Part shown: in pieces, positions 1 through 8,628 of the stretch
Numbering within the stretch: position 1 is the first letter of the stretch
Layout: each line of letters opens with the position of its first letter
Assembly (NCBI GenBank): GCA_044449925.1
Contig: JBIOIO010000004.1
Span: 2,560 to 66,559, forward strand
Source of the DNA: Candidatus Saccharimonadales bacterium
GTDB taxonomy: Bacteria > Patescibacteriota > Saccharimonadia > Saccharimonadales > UBA4665
Reading direction: 5' to 3'
Length of the DNA stretch: 64,000 nucleotides
Translations under genes and position numbers: made by a program
Notes under the pieces: generated by a model
What the model saw: only the letters and a program-made list of their open reading frames with translations
What the model was told of the DNA's origin: nothing
The model's database searches: none

Positions 1-680
1 ACATCAACATTATGAGAATAAAGTTTGGTCACAGATGATTTGTTTTCATCTTCAATATTCATCCTCTCAACTATGGTTTCAAACGAATCGTCAGTAAGGG
101 TTTGGTCTCTCATTGACTCTAAAAAGATCAATAACGAGTCATTCCTATTTTGACGATGTTGTTCATCAAGGTAACAAATGCTAAGCCTGAGTTCATTCCA
201 GGCATCGGATAAATGTACAAAGTCTAACGCATTTGTATTTCTCGAAACTGGAGGAAGTTGGAACAAGTCTCCAACTAAAATAACCTGTATTCCACCGAAG
301 GGATCATTATTTTCTCGGAATGCTTTTGACAGTTTATTAAGCATATCCAGTCTCTTACCGTGTAGCATTGATATCTCGTCAATTATAAGAATGTCACATG
401 AGTTGTATCTGGCCTGCAGTTTCGAGCTTCCTAGTAGTTTTTTTAAATCCGAATTGCTGAGCTCCTCGCTTATGCCAAGTCCTGACCATGAGTGAATTGT
501 ATTACCGCCAATATGACTGGCAGCTATACCTGTACTTGCGGTTACTGCAACGGACTTACCGCTTCTTTTAGAACGATTAATAAAATCACGAAGAATGTAT
601 GTTTTACCGGCGCCTGGTGCTCCCGTTAAGAACACATTGGCACCACCCATCATTACCGTTAGAGCCTGAGCCTGTCGCAT
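1..680 (-). CDS. Pif1/RecD-like SF1B DNA helicase, N-terminal part (partial; continues beyond window start)
   Basis: Absent from the ORF track because it runs off the window edge. Hand translation of the minus strand from ATG at 680-678 gives MRQAQALTVMMGGANVFLTGAPGAGKTYILRDFINRSKRSGKSVAVT...CDILIIDEISMLH...FGGIQVILVGDLFQLPPVS. This contains Walker A (GAPGAGKT), Walker B (IIDEIS) and the GDxxQLPPV motif typical of Pif1/RecD-type helicases. Confidence 0.7.
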   Translation of the reverse strand, partial: MRQAQALTVMMGGANVFLTGAPGAGKTYILRDFINRSKRSGKSVAVTASTGIAASHIGGNTIHSWSGLGISEELSNSDLKKLLGSSKLQARYNSCDILIIDEISMLHGKRLDMLNKLSKAFRENNDPFGGIQVILVGDLFQLPPVSRNTNALDFVHLSDAWNELRLSICYLDEQHRQNRNDSLLIFLESMRDQTLTDDSFETIVERMNIEDENKSSVTKLYSHNVD

Positions 681-716
681 AGACTACGATTGTAGCATCT
701 TTTTAATAGGAGTAAT

Positions 717-1151
717 CTACGGGTGCAACCAACCAATGATTAGGCCCATAGCCAGTATCGAAAGAAACCTGTTCCCAAACGTGATATTTATCAGTTTTGT
801 GGGTGTTTGATTCATGGTATCGTGAATAGCAACTGTGGTTGCCGATACACCTACAAACAGAACTATTGCACTCGCTACTCCCGCTAGTAGCCATGATGAA
901 TGGTAGTAGAAGTGATACAGGCATGTTACGAACGCCACTGTATACGAGGTTATTAGAGCCCCTATAAACAACTGGCTCATGTTCCACACCATATCTTTCT
1001 CAAATTGTTTAGTGTTAATTTTTGAGAGTTTCTTCCACTCTTTTCCCAACAAGTTATCCGAATAATAGATTGCCCCGATTATCATGCTTGAAATGCCGGC
1101 CAGCACAACTGCCCAAAAGTTTATATGAATAACCATTTGTTGACTCTCCAA
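717..1151 (-). CDS. DUF1761-like integral membrane protein
   Basis: 144 aa with about 4 predicted TM segments. The N-terminus INFWAVVLAGISSMIIGAIYYSDNLLGKEW resembles the DUF1761 family signature. The overlapping 703..987 ORF looks like a frame shadow. Confidence 0.6.
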   Translation of the reverse strand: MESQQMVIHINFWAVVLAGISSMIIGAIYYSDNLLGKEWKKLSKINTKQFEKDMVWNMSQLFIGALITSYTVAFVTCLYHFYYHSSWLLAGVASAIVLFVGVSATTVAIHDTMNQTPTKLINITFGNRFLSILAMGLIIGWLHP

Positions 1152-1240
1152 TTAGTTATCTCGAATTATATGACTAATCTTCTCAGAAAGCCACATACAT
1201 AATATTTTTCCACAGAAAAGCATAAATGGAATGAAAAACG

Positions 1241-1269
1241 TTGACAAAAGTTCTCAGAATAAGTATGGT
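1241..1269 (+). promoter_or_regulatory. sigma70-like promoter for the 1305..1763 gene
   Basis: TTGACA (1241-1246), a 17-nt spacer, then TATGGT (1264-1269). A GGGAGAG Shine-Dalgarno lies a few nt before the ATG at 1305. Confidence 0.45.
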
Positions 1270-1304
1270 TTAACATAGCTTTATTAAAGGGAGAGAAAGA
1301 ACAT

Positions 1305-1763
1305 ATGGGAAACAGAATAGCTATCGTAGATGGTCCTTCTAGACAGTGGGCCGGTGACCAACCGTCACGAGAACCACTATCACCTGCCAGCAGAGTTGGT
1401 GAAGATGGTGAAAAACTTGGTACTTCAAAAAGGTTTGGTGTTGCACCAAGTGCTCCAAGAGATCTAGGATATGAAGCTATACACGGCTTTATAGTTGGTG
1501 GCGATGGAAAAGTTATAGATACTAGACCTCCTGCCGATGTAGAAACACTTACTGACCCTAGGAGAGCACCGATTGAGGCTAACGGTCGAATTATTCCTAG
1601 ATTACTTATGATCACAGGAGAAGTAATCGACGTGTCTAACAGGGATACTGGGGTTGAAGCTCTTGAGATGTTAGATTCTGGTCAATTTGGTGACGCCGTT
1701 GTGCACGTAACCCCTCACGGAAACCCAGATCACGTACACTTTCAAGTCAACACAGGCCTCTAA
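1305..1763 (+). CDS. hypothetical protein (acidic, Gly/Pro-rich, no recognised domain)
   Basis: 152-aa ORF with its own promoter-like element and SD. The competing antisense ORF 1166..1615 is Ser/Pro/Leu-rich, which is shadow-like. Its stop overlaps the glyQS stop. Confidence 0.55.
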   Translation: MGNRIAIVDGPSRQWAGDQPSREPLSPASRVGEDGEKLGTSKRFGVAPSAPRDLGYEAIHGFIVGGDGKVIDTRPPADVETLTDPRRAPIEANGRIIPRLLMITGEVIDVSNRDTGVEALEMLDSGQFGDAVVHVTPHGNPDHVHFQVNTGL

Positions 1764-3097
1764 GATATAGTCTTAATTAAGTCCTCTAGGGATACTCTGG
1801 TTTGTTCTGCAGTATCTCTATTTCTGACTGTTACTGTGTCGTCTTCTAATGAATCGAAGTCGATGGTTACGCAATATGGTGTACCGATTTCATCTTGTCT
1901 TCTATATCTTTTACCGATATTTCCGTTATCATCCCACATAACATTACCAAACTCTTTCTTAAGTAGAGAGTAGACTTCCCTGGCCTTATTGACGAGTTCA
2001 GGCTTATTCTTTAGCAATGGGCTTACTGCAACTCTATAGGGTGCAATCGATGGTTTAAGTTTTAGTACCACCCTAGTCTCGCCGTTAATTTCTTCTTCAT
2101 GATACGCATCAGTCAAAATTGCCATTAATGTGCGTCCCACACCTACCGAACTTTCTATAACGTACGGTATAAAGCGCTCGCGGCTCTCGTCGTCAAAATA
2201 CGTAAGTTCCTTGCCGCTTACTTTTTGATGCGCACTTAGATCATAATCAGTCCGGTTGTGCGTTCCCCATAACTCCTTAAATCCCTGGGGATACTTAAAG
2301 TAGATATCATGCGCAACTTTTGCATAGTGAGCTCGCTCATTTTGGTCATGTTCATGCCATTGCAAACTTTCTTCTTTTATTCCCAGTCTTTCAATAAGGA
2401 ATTTCCATGCAAAATCTTTCCATTCCTCATAAGATTTATCCTGATCAGCGGGACGAATAAAATATTGCATTTCCATCTGCTCAAGTTCCCTTACGCGAAA
2501 TATGAAGTCCCTAGGGCTTATTTCATTTCTAAAAGCTTTGCCTATTTGTGCTACTCCAAACGGCAGCTTTGCTCTCATTGTCTCGCGGACATTTTCATAA
2601 TTAGTAAATATTGAACCGGCCGTTTCTGGTCTGAGATATGCCACGCTGTCCGTATCCTCAACAGGTCCAATAAATGTTTTCATCATCATGTTAAAGGTCC
2701 TGACAGGACCTAACTCATTACCATCAGGTGACTTTTTATCTTTTAATAGTCTGGTTAATTCTTCAATGTTATTGCTGTCAATTCCTGCGATATGATCGGC
2801 TCGATACCTTTTATGAGTCACGACATCTTCAACGAGTGGATCGGTAAATCCTGCTACATGACCACTTGCTTCCCACAGCTTTGGATTTTGGATTATCGCT
2901 CCATCAACGCCAAATATATTGTCGTGCTCACGAACCATCGCCTTCCACCACTCTTGCTTGACGTTATTTACCAGCTCAATACCTAGAGGACCATAGTCAT
3001 AGAATCCTGAAATTCCACCGTAGATTTCGCTTGCCTGAAATACAAAGCCTCTTCGCTTACAAAGGCTAACAATTGTTTCTAGTGATACATCGCTCAT
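1760..3097 (-). CDS. glyQS: glycine--tRNA ligase (alpha2-type, class II)
   Basis: 445 aa. The N-terminus LCKRRGFVFQASEIYGGISGFYDYGPLGIELVNN and the overall length match homodimeric GlyRS. Confidence 0.95.
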   Translation of the reverse strand: MSDVSLETIVSLCKRRGFVFQASEIYGGISGFYDYGPLGIELVNNVKQEWWKAMVREHDNIFGVDGAIIQNPKLWEASGHVAGFTDPLVEDVVTHKRYRADHIAGIDSNNIEELTRLLKDKKSPDGNELGPVRTFNMMMKTFIGPVEDTDSVAYLRPETAGSIFTNYENVRETMRAKLPFGVAQIGKAFRNEISPRDFIFRVRELEQMEMQYFIRPADQDKSYEEWKDFAWKFLIERLGIKEESLQWHEHDQNERAHYAKVAHDIYFKYPQGFKELWGTHNRTDYDLSAHQKVSGKELTYFDDESRERFIPYVIESSVGVGRTLMAILTDAYHEEEINGETRVVLKLKPSIAPYRVAVSPLLKNKPELVNKAREVYSLLKKEFGNVMWDDNGNIGKRYRRQDEIGTPYCVTIDFDSLEDDTVTVRNRDTAEQTRVSLEDLIKTIS

Positions 3098-3109
3098 AGA
3101 TGGTTCAGA

Positions 3110-3802
3110 TTATATCCGAATATATGTCTGTAGCATAGCCTGTACTAGTTGCTGACAATGTGGAATGATCTTATCAAGATTAACAATTACTTGTAATGCT
3201 TGAGGTGTGTTGCCCAAAAATAGTAGTCTTAAAAATTTAATGTCTGATGAGGAATAAGTTCCGCCTTCACGCTGCTCAAACCCGACAATGTCATAATTAA
3301 AGTCATATGACTTGGTTTCATCTAAAGGATCTCCAGATTCGTCGGTTTTTAGATTTGGCGTATGACCTGAAAGCCTCAGCAGCTGTGCCTGAAACCAAAT
3401 TCTAATAAGATCTATAGCTATTTTATTATTATTTAACGACTTAAAAGCTTCGTCCAGCAAATCAAAATATTCTGGTTCAGGCTGATCCTCAACTGCTCTG
3501 TCGAGTTGTTTAATAACCTCGTATCCAAGTTGTACGCGATTTATATCTTTAACTATCGAATCATAGTAACGTATCAAGCGAGCAGAAGTTAAGGTGCCCA
3601 ACTGTCCTCTTCCCTGAATATAGCCAATTTCCGTGATACTGAATAACTCTATTCCACCTGCAAGCTTGGACTTCAAAAGACGAACTCCCTTTGCGATAAC
3701 CCGAATTTTACCGCGATCTTGCGTTAAAAACGTTACTATCCGGTCAGCTTCGGAGTAATTTGTCCGGTGAAGAACTATGGCTTTTGTACGTATTTGGTTC
3801 AC
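3110..3802 (-). CDS. recO: DNA repair protein RecO
   Basis: 230 aa. The OB-fold N-terminus KAIVLHRTNYSEADRIVTFLTQDRGKIRVIAKGVR is typical RecO. GTG start overlapping the upstream stop (GTGA). Confidence 0.9.
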   Translation of the reverse strand: MNQIRTKAIVLHRTNYSEADRIVTFLTQDRGKIRVIAKGVRLLKSKLAGGIELFSITEIGYIQGRGQLGTLTSARLIRYYDSIVKDINRVQLGYEVIKQLDRAVEDQPEPEYFDLLDEAFKSLNNNKIAIDLIRIWFQAQLLRLSGHTPNLKTDESGDPLDETKSYDFNYDIVGFEQREGGTYSSSDIKFLRLLFLGNTPQALQVIVNLDKIIPHCQQLVQAMLQTYIRI

Positions 3803-4188
3803 GCGGCAACTGATAAAAATTCGTTAGCTGATCTCTTTAGGTCTCTGATTGACGTTGCTGGCTTATACAAATACGTTTTAACATTAAGCTCAGATTGAAG
3901 TAAGTGCCAATTGTCTCGAAACTCACTGAACGGGACGATGGTGTTAATAATGACTGGAATATCTTGCCACTCTGGGTATGATCTAAACTCATATAAGAAT
4001 TCAATGCCCGAGTGTTCTATAAGCTGCAGCTCGACTATTACCAAATCTGGCATTTTTTTATCGGCAGACATAATCGCATCTTGCGCTCCATTGACTGTTT
4101 CTACAGTACCGCCTTTATTAGTCCGCAGAGCTTTACTATATATTCGCCCAAGTAATACATCCGGTTCTATTAAGATTATATGGCTCAT
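3799..4188 (-). CDS. receiver (REC)-like single-domain protein with Glu at the phospho-acceptor position (pseudo-receiver)
   Basis: 129 aa with CheY-like topology. IILIEPD replaces the acidic DD pocket. PDLVIVELQL has E53 where the phospho-Asp sits (compare DLVLLDxxMP in the canonical regulator at 10141..10551). The conserved Thr (INTIV) and Lys (YKP) are retained. ATGA overlap with the upstream kinase-like gene. Confidence 0.75.
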   Translation of the reverse strand: MSHIILIEPDVLLGRIYSKALRTNKGGTVETVNGAQDAIMSADKKMPDLVIVELQLIEHSGIEFLYEFRSYPEWQDIPVIINTIVPFSEFRDNWHLLQSELNVKTYLYKPATSIRDLKRSANEFLSVAA

Positions 4189-4901
4189 ACAAGCTGTAGC
4201 TGATTATTTGGCTGCAGAACTGTTCCTAAGCCATGCAATCGGTGGTGTCGACTGGCCATTAGTTTGAGGTCCATTGCATGAAGAATTGCGTCGGCAACGA
4301 ATATTCCTGCGCCGCTATTATGGCTGAGGTTAATCAAAGGCTGTCGGCTTTTGCCATGCATGTGTCTTCCGTGTTTTAAAGCCTCATTTGATACTTTTTT
4401 AGTTTCGGTATAGACACCTGCTATAACTCCATATCTACTACGATGCGTAGCCAGTTGCATAGTTAGCTGTTTTGATCCCTGAAGTGCAGGCAGTGCCTCA
4501 ATAAGTGCAGCGCCTACACTGACTAAAGCCGACTCCAGACCTCTCCTATTTGCAACTACCGGACCGTACTTACCTGCTATGTTAAGCTCCAAATTAACAC
4601 CGTAAAGCTTGGCATATCTATCAAGCTGCTGAGAAACATCATACAGAATGGATGAGACGGAAACCGCTTCAGCGGGAAATTGCTGAGGCTCTAGGGCTAA
4701 TCGAACACCAAGCACATAGTTATCTAACAGCCTAAGAGCTGTTTCAGCGGTGGCTTGAATCGTATTTTTTGCAGCCTCATCATTTAAACTCACGAGTTCG
4801 GATTGCCTTGCAATTTGTAACAGCGGTAGCTTTAGTTCTTCTGCCACACCCAGAAGGAGTTGTTGTGATAATAGCGGCGCATCATGACCGTCATCAACCA
4901 T
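4185..4901 (-). CDS. soluble histidine-kinase-like protein (DHp plus degenerate HATPase_c) lacking the phospho-His
   Basis: 238 aa with no TM or sensor domain. The H-box equivalent VAEELKLPLLQI has Glu where SHELRTPL has His. The C-terminal half aligns by eye to a CA domain (ESALVSVGAALIEA in place of the N-box; SGAGIFVADAIL similar to the G2 box GxGLGLAI), but the N-box Asn and the G1 DxGxG are lost. Confidence 0.65.
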   Translation of the reverse strand: MVDDGHDAPLLSQQLLLGVAEELKLPLLQIARQSELVSLNDEAAKNTIQATAETALRLLDNYVLGVRLALEPQQFPAEAVSVSSILYDVSQQLDRYAKLYGVNLELNIAGKYGPVVANRRGLESALVSVGAALIEALPALQGSKQLTMQLATHRSRYGVIAGVYTETKKVSNEALKHGRHMHGKSRQPLINLSHNSGAGIFVADAILHAMDLKLMASRHHRLHGLGTVLQPNNQLQLV

Positions 4902-4957
4902 ACAAAATCCCCTCGTGTTCTATATCTTTACTATTTAGATAGTATAGACTAAATCGT

Positions 4958-5620
4958 TCAAGGCGAAAAAGTGAAATTCTTTAAGATAATGTTATTAAAA
5001 TCATCAATAAAGTTGCTGCTTGTAGTCCATAATTCTATAGTACTTGCCCTTAGAGGTAGTAATATAAGCGTTTCGTCATTGGCTTGAAAATAGATTTTAA
5101 CACCTACAACATTAGGCAAGCTGGGCAATGAGTAAGCACTCGACACAATGGGATTAGATTTAGAGGGGTGACCGACGTAGGACTGTACTATATTCGCATA
5201 GGCTTGGTTCACAACTTGCATCCTTAACGCAAAAATTGTGTTTTGGTCCGATACAGAACTAAGTACCGGTGAACCAAAATATGCGTTCACCGGAGCAGAA
5301 GCATTGTCTCCCCTGTCGTCAATTAATGCACTCCAGGTTTTAGGATATTTCATTATTATGCCCCCGTACTGCGAGGGGCCAGTATAGGTAAGCAGTGGAT
5401 TCTTTTGGTCCTGTGCCAGTTGGTTCTTCTCTATAGTGCTATCTTTATTTTGTTGAACGACAATGGCATCTGCGATTTTTTTATCGGTATTATTTTTATA
5501 ATCCTGTCGACTCATGAATGCCCACACACCAAAACCTATCGCAGCGACCAGAAATACTACAGAAATAACCAAAGAAACACCGACTGCCGAAACAGCACCT
5601 TTTTGGTTATGTTTAATCAT
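4958..5620 (-). CDS. hypothetical membrane-anchored protein (single N-terminal TM, extracytoplasmic domain)
   Basis: 220 aa. TM segment VGVSLVISVVFLVAAIGFGVWAF followed by a polar domain. No recognised family. Confidence 0.6.
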   Translation of the reverse strand: MIKHNQKGAVSAVGVSLVISVVFLVAAIGFGVWAFMSRQDYKNNTDKKIADAIVVQQNKDSTIEKNQLAQDQKNPLLTYTGPSQYGGIIMKYPKTWSALIDDRGDNASAPVNAYFGSPVLSSVSDQNTIFALRMQVVNQAYANIVQSYVGHPSKSNPIVSSAYSLPSLPNVVGVKIYFQANDETLILLPLRASTIELWTTSSNFIDDFNNIILKNFTFSP

Positions 5621-5676
5621 TTAACTATGTTACCTCAGTTATTTAGTAGTGGCAAATCTCTTGTGTTTATGAGGTC

Positions 5677-6165
5677 TTACTTATAGTGATAAGTAAATAG
5701 ACCCTTGCTTTTCTTACTTGGCTCTTTGCCGGGTATTTCGAATGCAAAACTGACTAAAGTAATCGGCAAATGTGAATATCGCATACATTTTGTATCCAGC
5801 TTTTTCATATATTTGGGCAGTAAAAATACAAAAATTGCATCAGCTTTTGGCCATTGTTTAGTCCAAAAGTTACCCCATATAATTGTCACGTTTTTTCTAT
5901 ATTTCAGAGTCCTTATGTATGAAAATACAACCAAAATTGGATTGAGTTCATAGCCTATTACCTTAATGTCTTTTCGAGCAGCCGCAAGCAAAACTTTTCC
6001 GTCCCCGCTTCCAAGTTCAAGAAGGGTTTGGCCACTAGCCAAATTTGCCATCTCTAGAGCTTCCTCAACTTGAGGAGAAAGCGTGGGTAAGTATGGAGCT
6101 CCAACAAAAATAACTCCTGCAAAACATAATAAAACTAGTAGCGATAAGACGAAGAGCCAGACCAT
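5677..6165 (-). CDS. class I SAM-dependent methyltransferase with N-terminal TM anchor
   Basis: 162 aa. TM helix, then GAPYLPT and motif I LLELGSGDGKVLLAAA, then GYELNP. Small membrane-tethered Rossmann methyltransferase. Confidence 0.75.
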   Translation of the reverse strand: MVWLFVLSLLVLLCFAGVIFVGAPYLPTLSPQVEEALEMANLASGQTLLELGSGDGKVLLAAARKDIKVIGYELNPILVVFSYIRTLKYRKNVTIIWGNFWTKQWPKADAIFVFLLPKYMKKLDTKCMRYSHLPITLVSFAFEIPGKEPSKKSKGLFTYHYK

Positions 6166-6171
6166 TTTAAA

Positions 6172-6387
6172 CTACTTCTCATTAAAAGTGCTATTCAGTT
6201 TCTTTATGGTATTCTCAGCTTCTTTTAGCTGCGTAGAGAGAATAGTTATAACTTCCAAACCTCGTTCATAAAGCTCCATTGCCTCGTCAATATCCAAGTT
6301 ATCTGACTGAAGTCTTTCAAGCACATCATTCAGCTCTTTTTTAAGCTCAGAGTAGGATGATTCTTCTTCCTTAGTCTTTTTATTCAT
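6172..6387 (-). CDS. xseB: exodeoxyribonuclease VII small subunit
   Basis: 71 aa. LERLQSDNLDIDEAMELYERGLEV is the XseB helical-hairpin signature. Lies immediately downstream of xseA. Confidence 0.85.
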   Translation of the reverse strand: MNKKTKEEESSYSELKKELNDVLERLQSDNLDIDEAMELYERGLEVITILSTQLKEAENTIKKLNSTFNEK

Positions 6388-6389
6388 AT

Positions 6390-7529
6390 CTATTGCTCCT
6401 TATTCTTTGTCACTTCTTCAACGACTGCGTTAAAACCACTATACGCAAGCTCAACGCCAACCCTATTGCCACGTGACAACTTATTAGCATCTTTTAAGAT
6501 TGCTCCTTTAAACCTTACTATGGCATACCCTCTTTTTAATATAGCTATTGGATTCAGTGCCTCGAGTAATTGTGCCGAACCACTTAGCAAATCTTTATCC
6601 CGCTCAATAATAAGAACCATTGAGTCATTAAGTAAAATACTCGTGTCTTTTAAATCAGATTTTGCTTGAATAATATATTCTTCGCCAATTTTGCGGAGTT
6701 GTTCTGATGAGTTTGCTAGTTCTTCAAGCACATATTTTCTATCTGGGACCATTAGTTCAGCTGCATTGCTCGGCGAACTTGCTCTCATGTCTGCCGCCAA
6801 CTCGGCTAGTGAAACATCTATCTCGTGACCTATTGCAACCATAGTAGGAATTCTGCTTCCCGCCACTGCTCTGGTAACTGATTCAGTACTGAAAGCGGCC
6901 AAATCGTCTGGACTGCCACCGCCCCTAATAAGTACCAGTACTTCTGGAGGCGTAGGAGCCTCGCCGAACTGTTTTATAGCAGAGACTATCTGTCTGGCTG
7001 CAATATCTCCTTGTACTTGCACATCTAGTACTTGGATCTCAATTCCTTTCCATCTAGCATTTATTATCTTTATGAAATCCGCATATGCGGCGGACTGCGT
7101 GGATGTAATCAAGCCTATTGTTTTAGGCGGATAAGGTACGGGGCGTTTTCTTGATTCGTCAAAGATACCCTCCTTGGCAAGCTTTGCTGCAAGCAAATCT
7201 GCCGCTCTTCTTATACTTCCCTCTCCTATTGGCTGTATTTGACGTATATTAACGCTGAATCCGTATAGATTATGCAATCTTGGGTTGCCGTGAACCCTAA
7301 GCATCATTCCATCTTCTAGCGGTCCTGGTAGGTCGTTTACCGTCCCAAAGAATTTTACTGATGACATTTCATCCTTTAAATCAAAATATACCCATCTGTT
7401 CTTACTAACTCTGAAGTTAGCCAGCTCTCCAATAATAACCACTTCGGGATATGCAAAATCGAGTGTTTGATTTAAAACTGCCACAAAGTCACTGACAGTT
7501 AGCTCTACTATCTCAGGTGTTAATTGCAT
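6390..7529 (-). CDS. xseA: exodeoxyribonuclease VII large subunit
   Basis: OB-fold N-terminus (LTVSDFVAVLNQTL...VVIIGELANFRVSKNRWVYFDLKDE) and catalytic core (LIRGGGS). The track ORF extends to a GTG at 7550. In-frame ATGs at 7538 and 7529 are more likely, so the start is uncertain by up to 21 nt. Confidence 0.88.
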   Translation of the reverse strand: MQLTPEIVELTVSDFVAVLNQTLDFAYPEVVIIGELANFRVSKNRWVYFDLKDEMSSVKFFGTVNDLPGPLEDGMMLRVHGNPRLHNLYGFSVNIRQIQPIGEGSIRRAADLLAAKLAKEGIFDESRKRPVPYPPKTIGLITSTQSAAYADFIKIINARWKGIEIQVLDVQVQGDIAARQIVSAIKQFGEAPTPPEVLVLIRGGGSPDDLAAFSTESVTRAVAGSRIPTMVAIGHEIDVSLAELAADMRASSPSNAAELMVPDRKYVLEELANSSEQLRKIGEEYIIQAKSDLKDTSILLNDSMVLIIERDKDLLSGSAQLLEALNPIAILKRGYAIVRFKGAILKDANKLSRGNRVGVELAYSGFNAVVEEVTKNKEQ

Positions 7530-8586
7530 CACTCTCATCTCTCGGGGCACTATCGTTATCTTGCAGATTTTTATGGTAAAAGTAATAACCTGGAGGCAGT
7601 TGGATAATTGTATTAACGACTCTATACATTATTGTCACCGGTAAACTAACCGCCGCACGAACACCCGTGCTAGCAAGAACAGCCGTCATAAGCGCCTCAT
7701 AAATACCCACACCTCCGGGTAGTACCGAGACAAAGCCTGCAAAATTGGCTATGGCGTAAGCAAGTATTACCGCTCCAACATTCACCGGTTCCCCAAATGC
7801 CAAATAAACTATATACAGTGCTGCAACTTCCGTTACATTTGCCATGAACGCGTACCAAAACGGTTTTTTTAAGTTTGATACGTTCCTCTCAATTTCTTCA
7901 TAATTATCATGGAAATCGTCGAATACCTTTCGGGCTCTATTTATATTTATAGTCTCTGGATATTTTGGTCTTACCAGGTGAATCAACCTATTTAATCCTT
8001 TGGTGAATTCAGTAAAGAAATTTTTAATACGCTCTTCACTTCTTACGATATAAATAAATCCGAAAGTACCCACAACCAATAACGTGGATAGTGAAGCTGC
8101 TACCAGAATTACTAGATTATTTACATGACCCTTTATAGCTAGTGCAAACAAACCGAAGATAATAAGTATTTCAAAGGATAAGAAAGTCAGACCGAGTTTC
8201 ATAACTTGTACTAGCGTAGCTTTCCCACTGCTTATACTGTTACCGTCACGAAGCCGAAGACTAAAATACGAGACACCAGTAACTCCTCCACTTGGAAATA
8301 CATGATTTACGAAATTAAGTTCTAATGAGGTACGGTACAAATACTTATATTTAAGGTCATTGCCTACTATTCTAAACAGTTTCTGGTAGAGGCGTGCTTG
8401 CGCATGATAGTTCAGCACCTCTATAGGTACCATAAGAAGCAGTATCCATGCATTGACGTGCGCCAGATTGCGAAAAGTATCGCCAAGCTGCTGACGAATA
8501 GCGAATATTAGTATAACCAGAGCAATAAGAGTAACTATATTCAGTAGTAGTTTCCAATGGCTGCCAAGCCATGAGTGTTTGCTCAT
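7513..8586 (-). CDS. UPF0104 / lysylphosphatidylglycerol-synthase-TM-region family membrane protein
   Basis: 357 aa, about 8 TM segments. Basic N-terminus followed by a hydrophobic repeat architecture typical of flippase-like UPF0104 proteins. Confidence 0.65.
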   Translation of the reverse strand: MSKHSWLGSHWKLLLNIVTLIALVILIFAIRQQLGDTFRNLAHVNAWILLLMVPIEVLNYHAQARLYQKLFRIVGNDLKYKYLYRTSLELNFVNHVFPSGGVTGVSYFSLRLRDGNSISSGKATLVQVMKLGLTFLSFEILIIFGLFALAIKGHVNNLVILVAASLSTLLVVGTFGFIYIVRSEERIKNFFTEFTKGLNRLIHLVRPKYPETININRARKVFDDFHDNYEEIERNVSNLKKPFWYAFMANVTEVAALYIVYLAFGEPVNVGAVILAYAIANFAGFVSVLPGGVGIYEALMTAVLASTGVRAAVSLPVTIMYRVVNTIIQLPPGYYFYHKNLQDNDSAPRDESDAINT

Positions 8587-8628
8587 AATGTAACCTATTA
8601 TACAGATAGATAGGCTATAGTATTGAAC

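Noticed and set aside
1166-1615. 149-aa minus-strand ORF overlapping the 1305..1763 gene.
   Set aside because: Its Ser/Pro/Leu/Gly-rich, low-complexity composition is typical of an antisense shadow. The plus-strand ORF has a promoter and an SD. The same reasoning applies to other long antisense ORFs: 30621..30971, 37609..37977, 38011..38328, 39733..40068, 43658..44005, 53362..53721 and 55875..56213.
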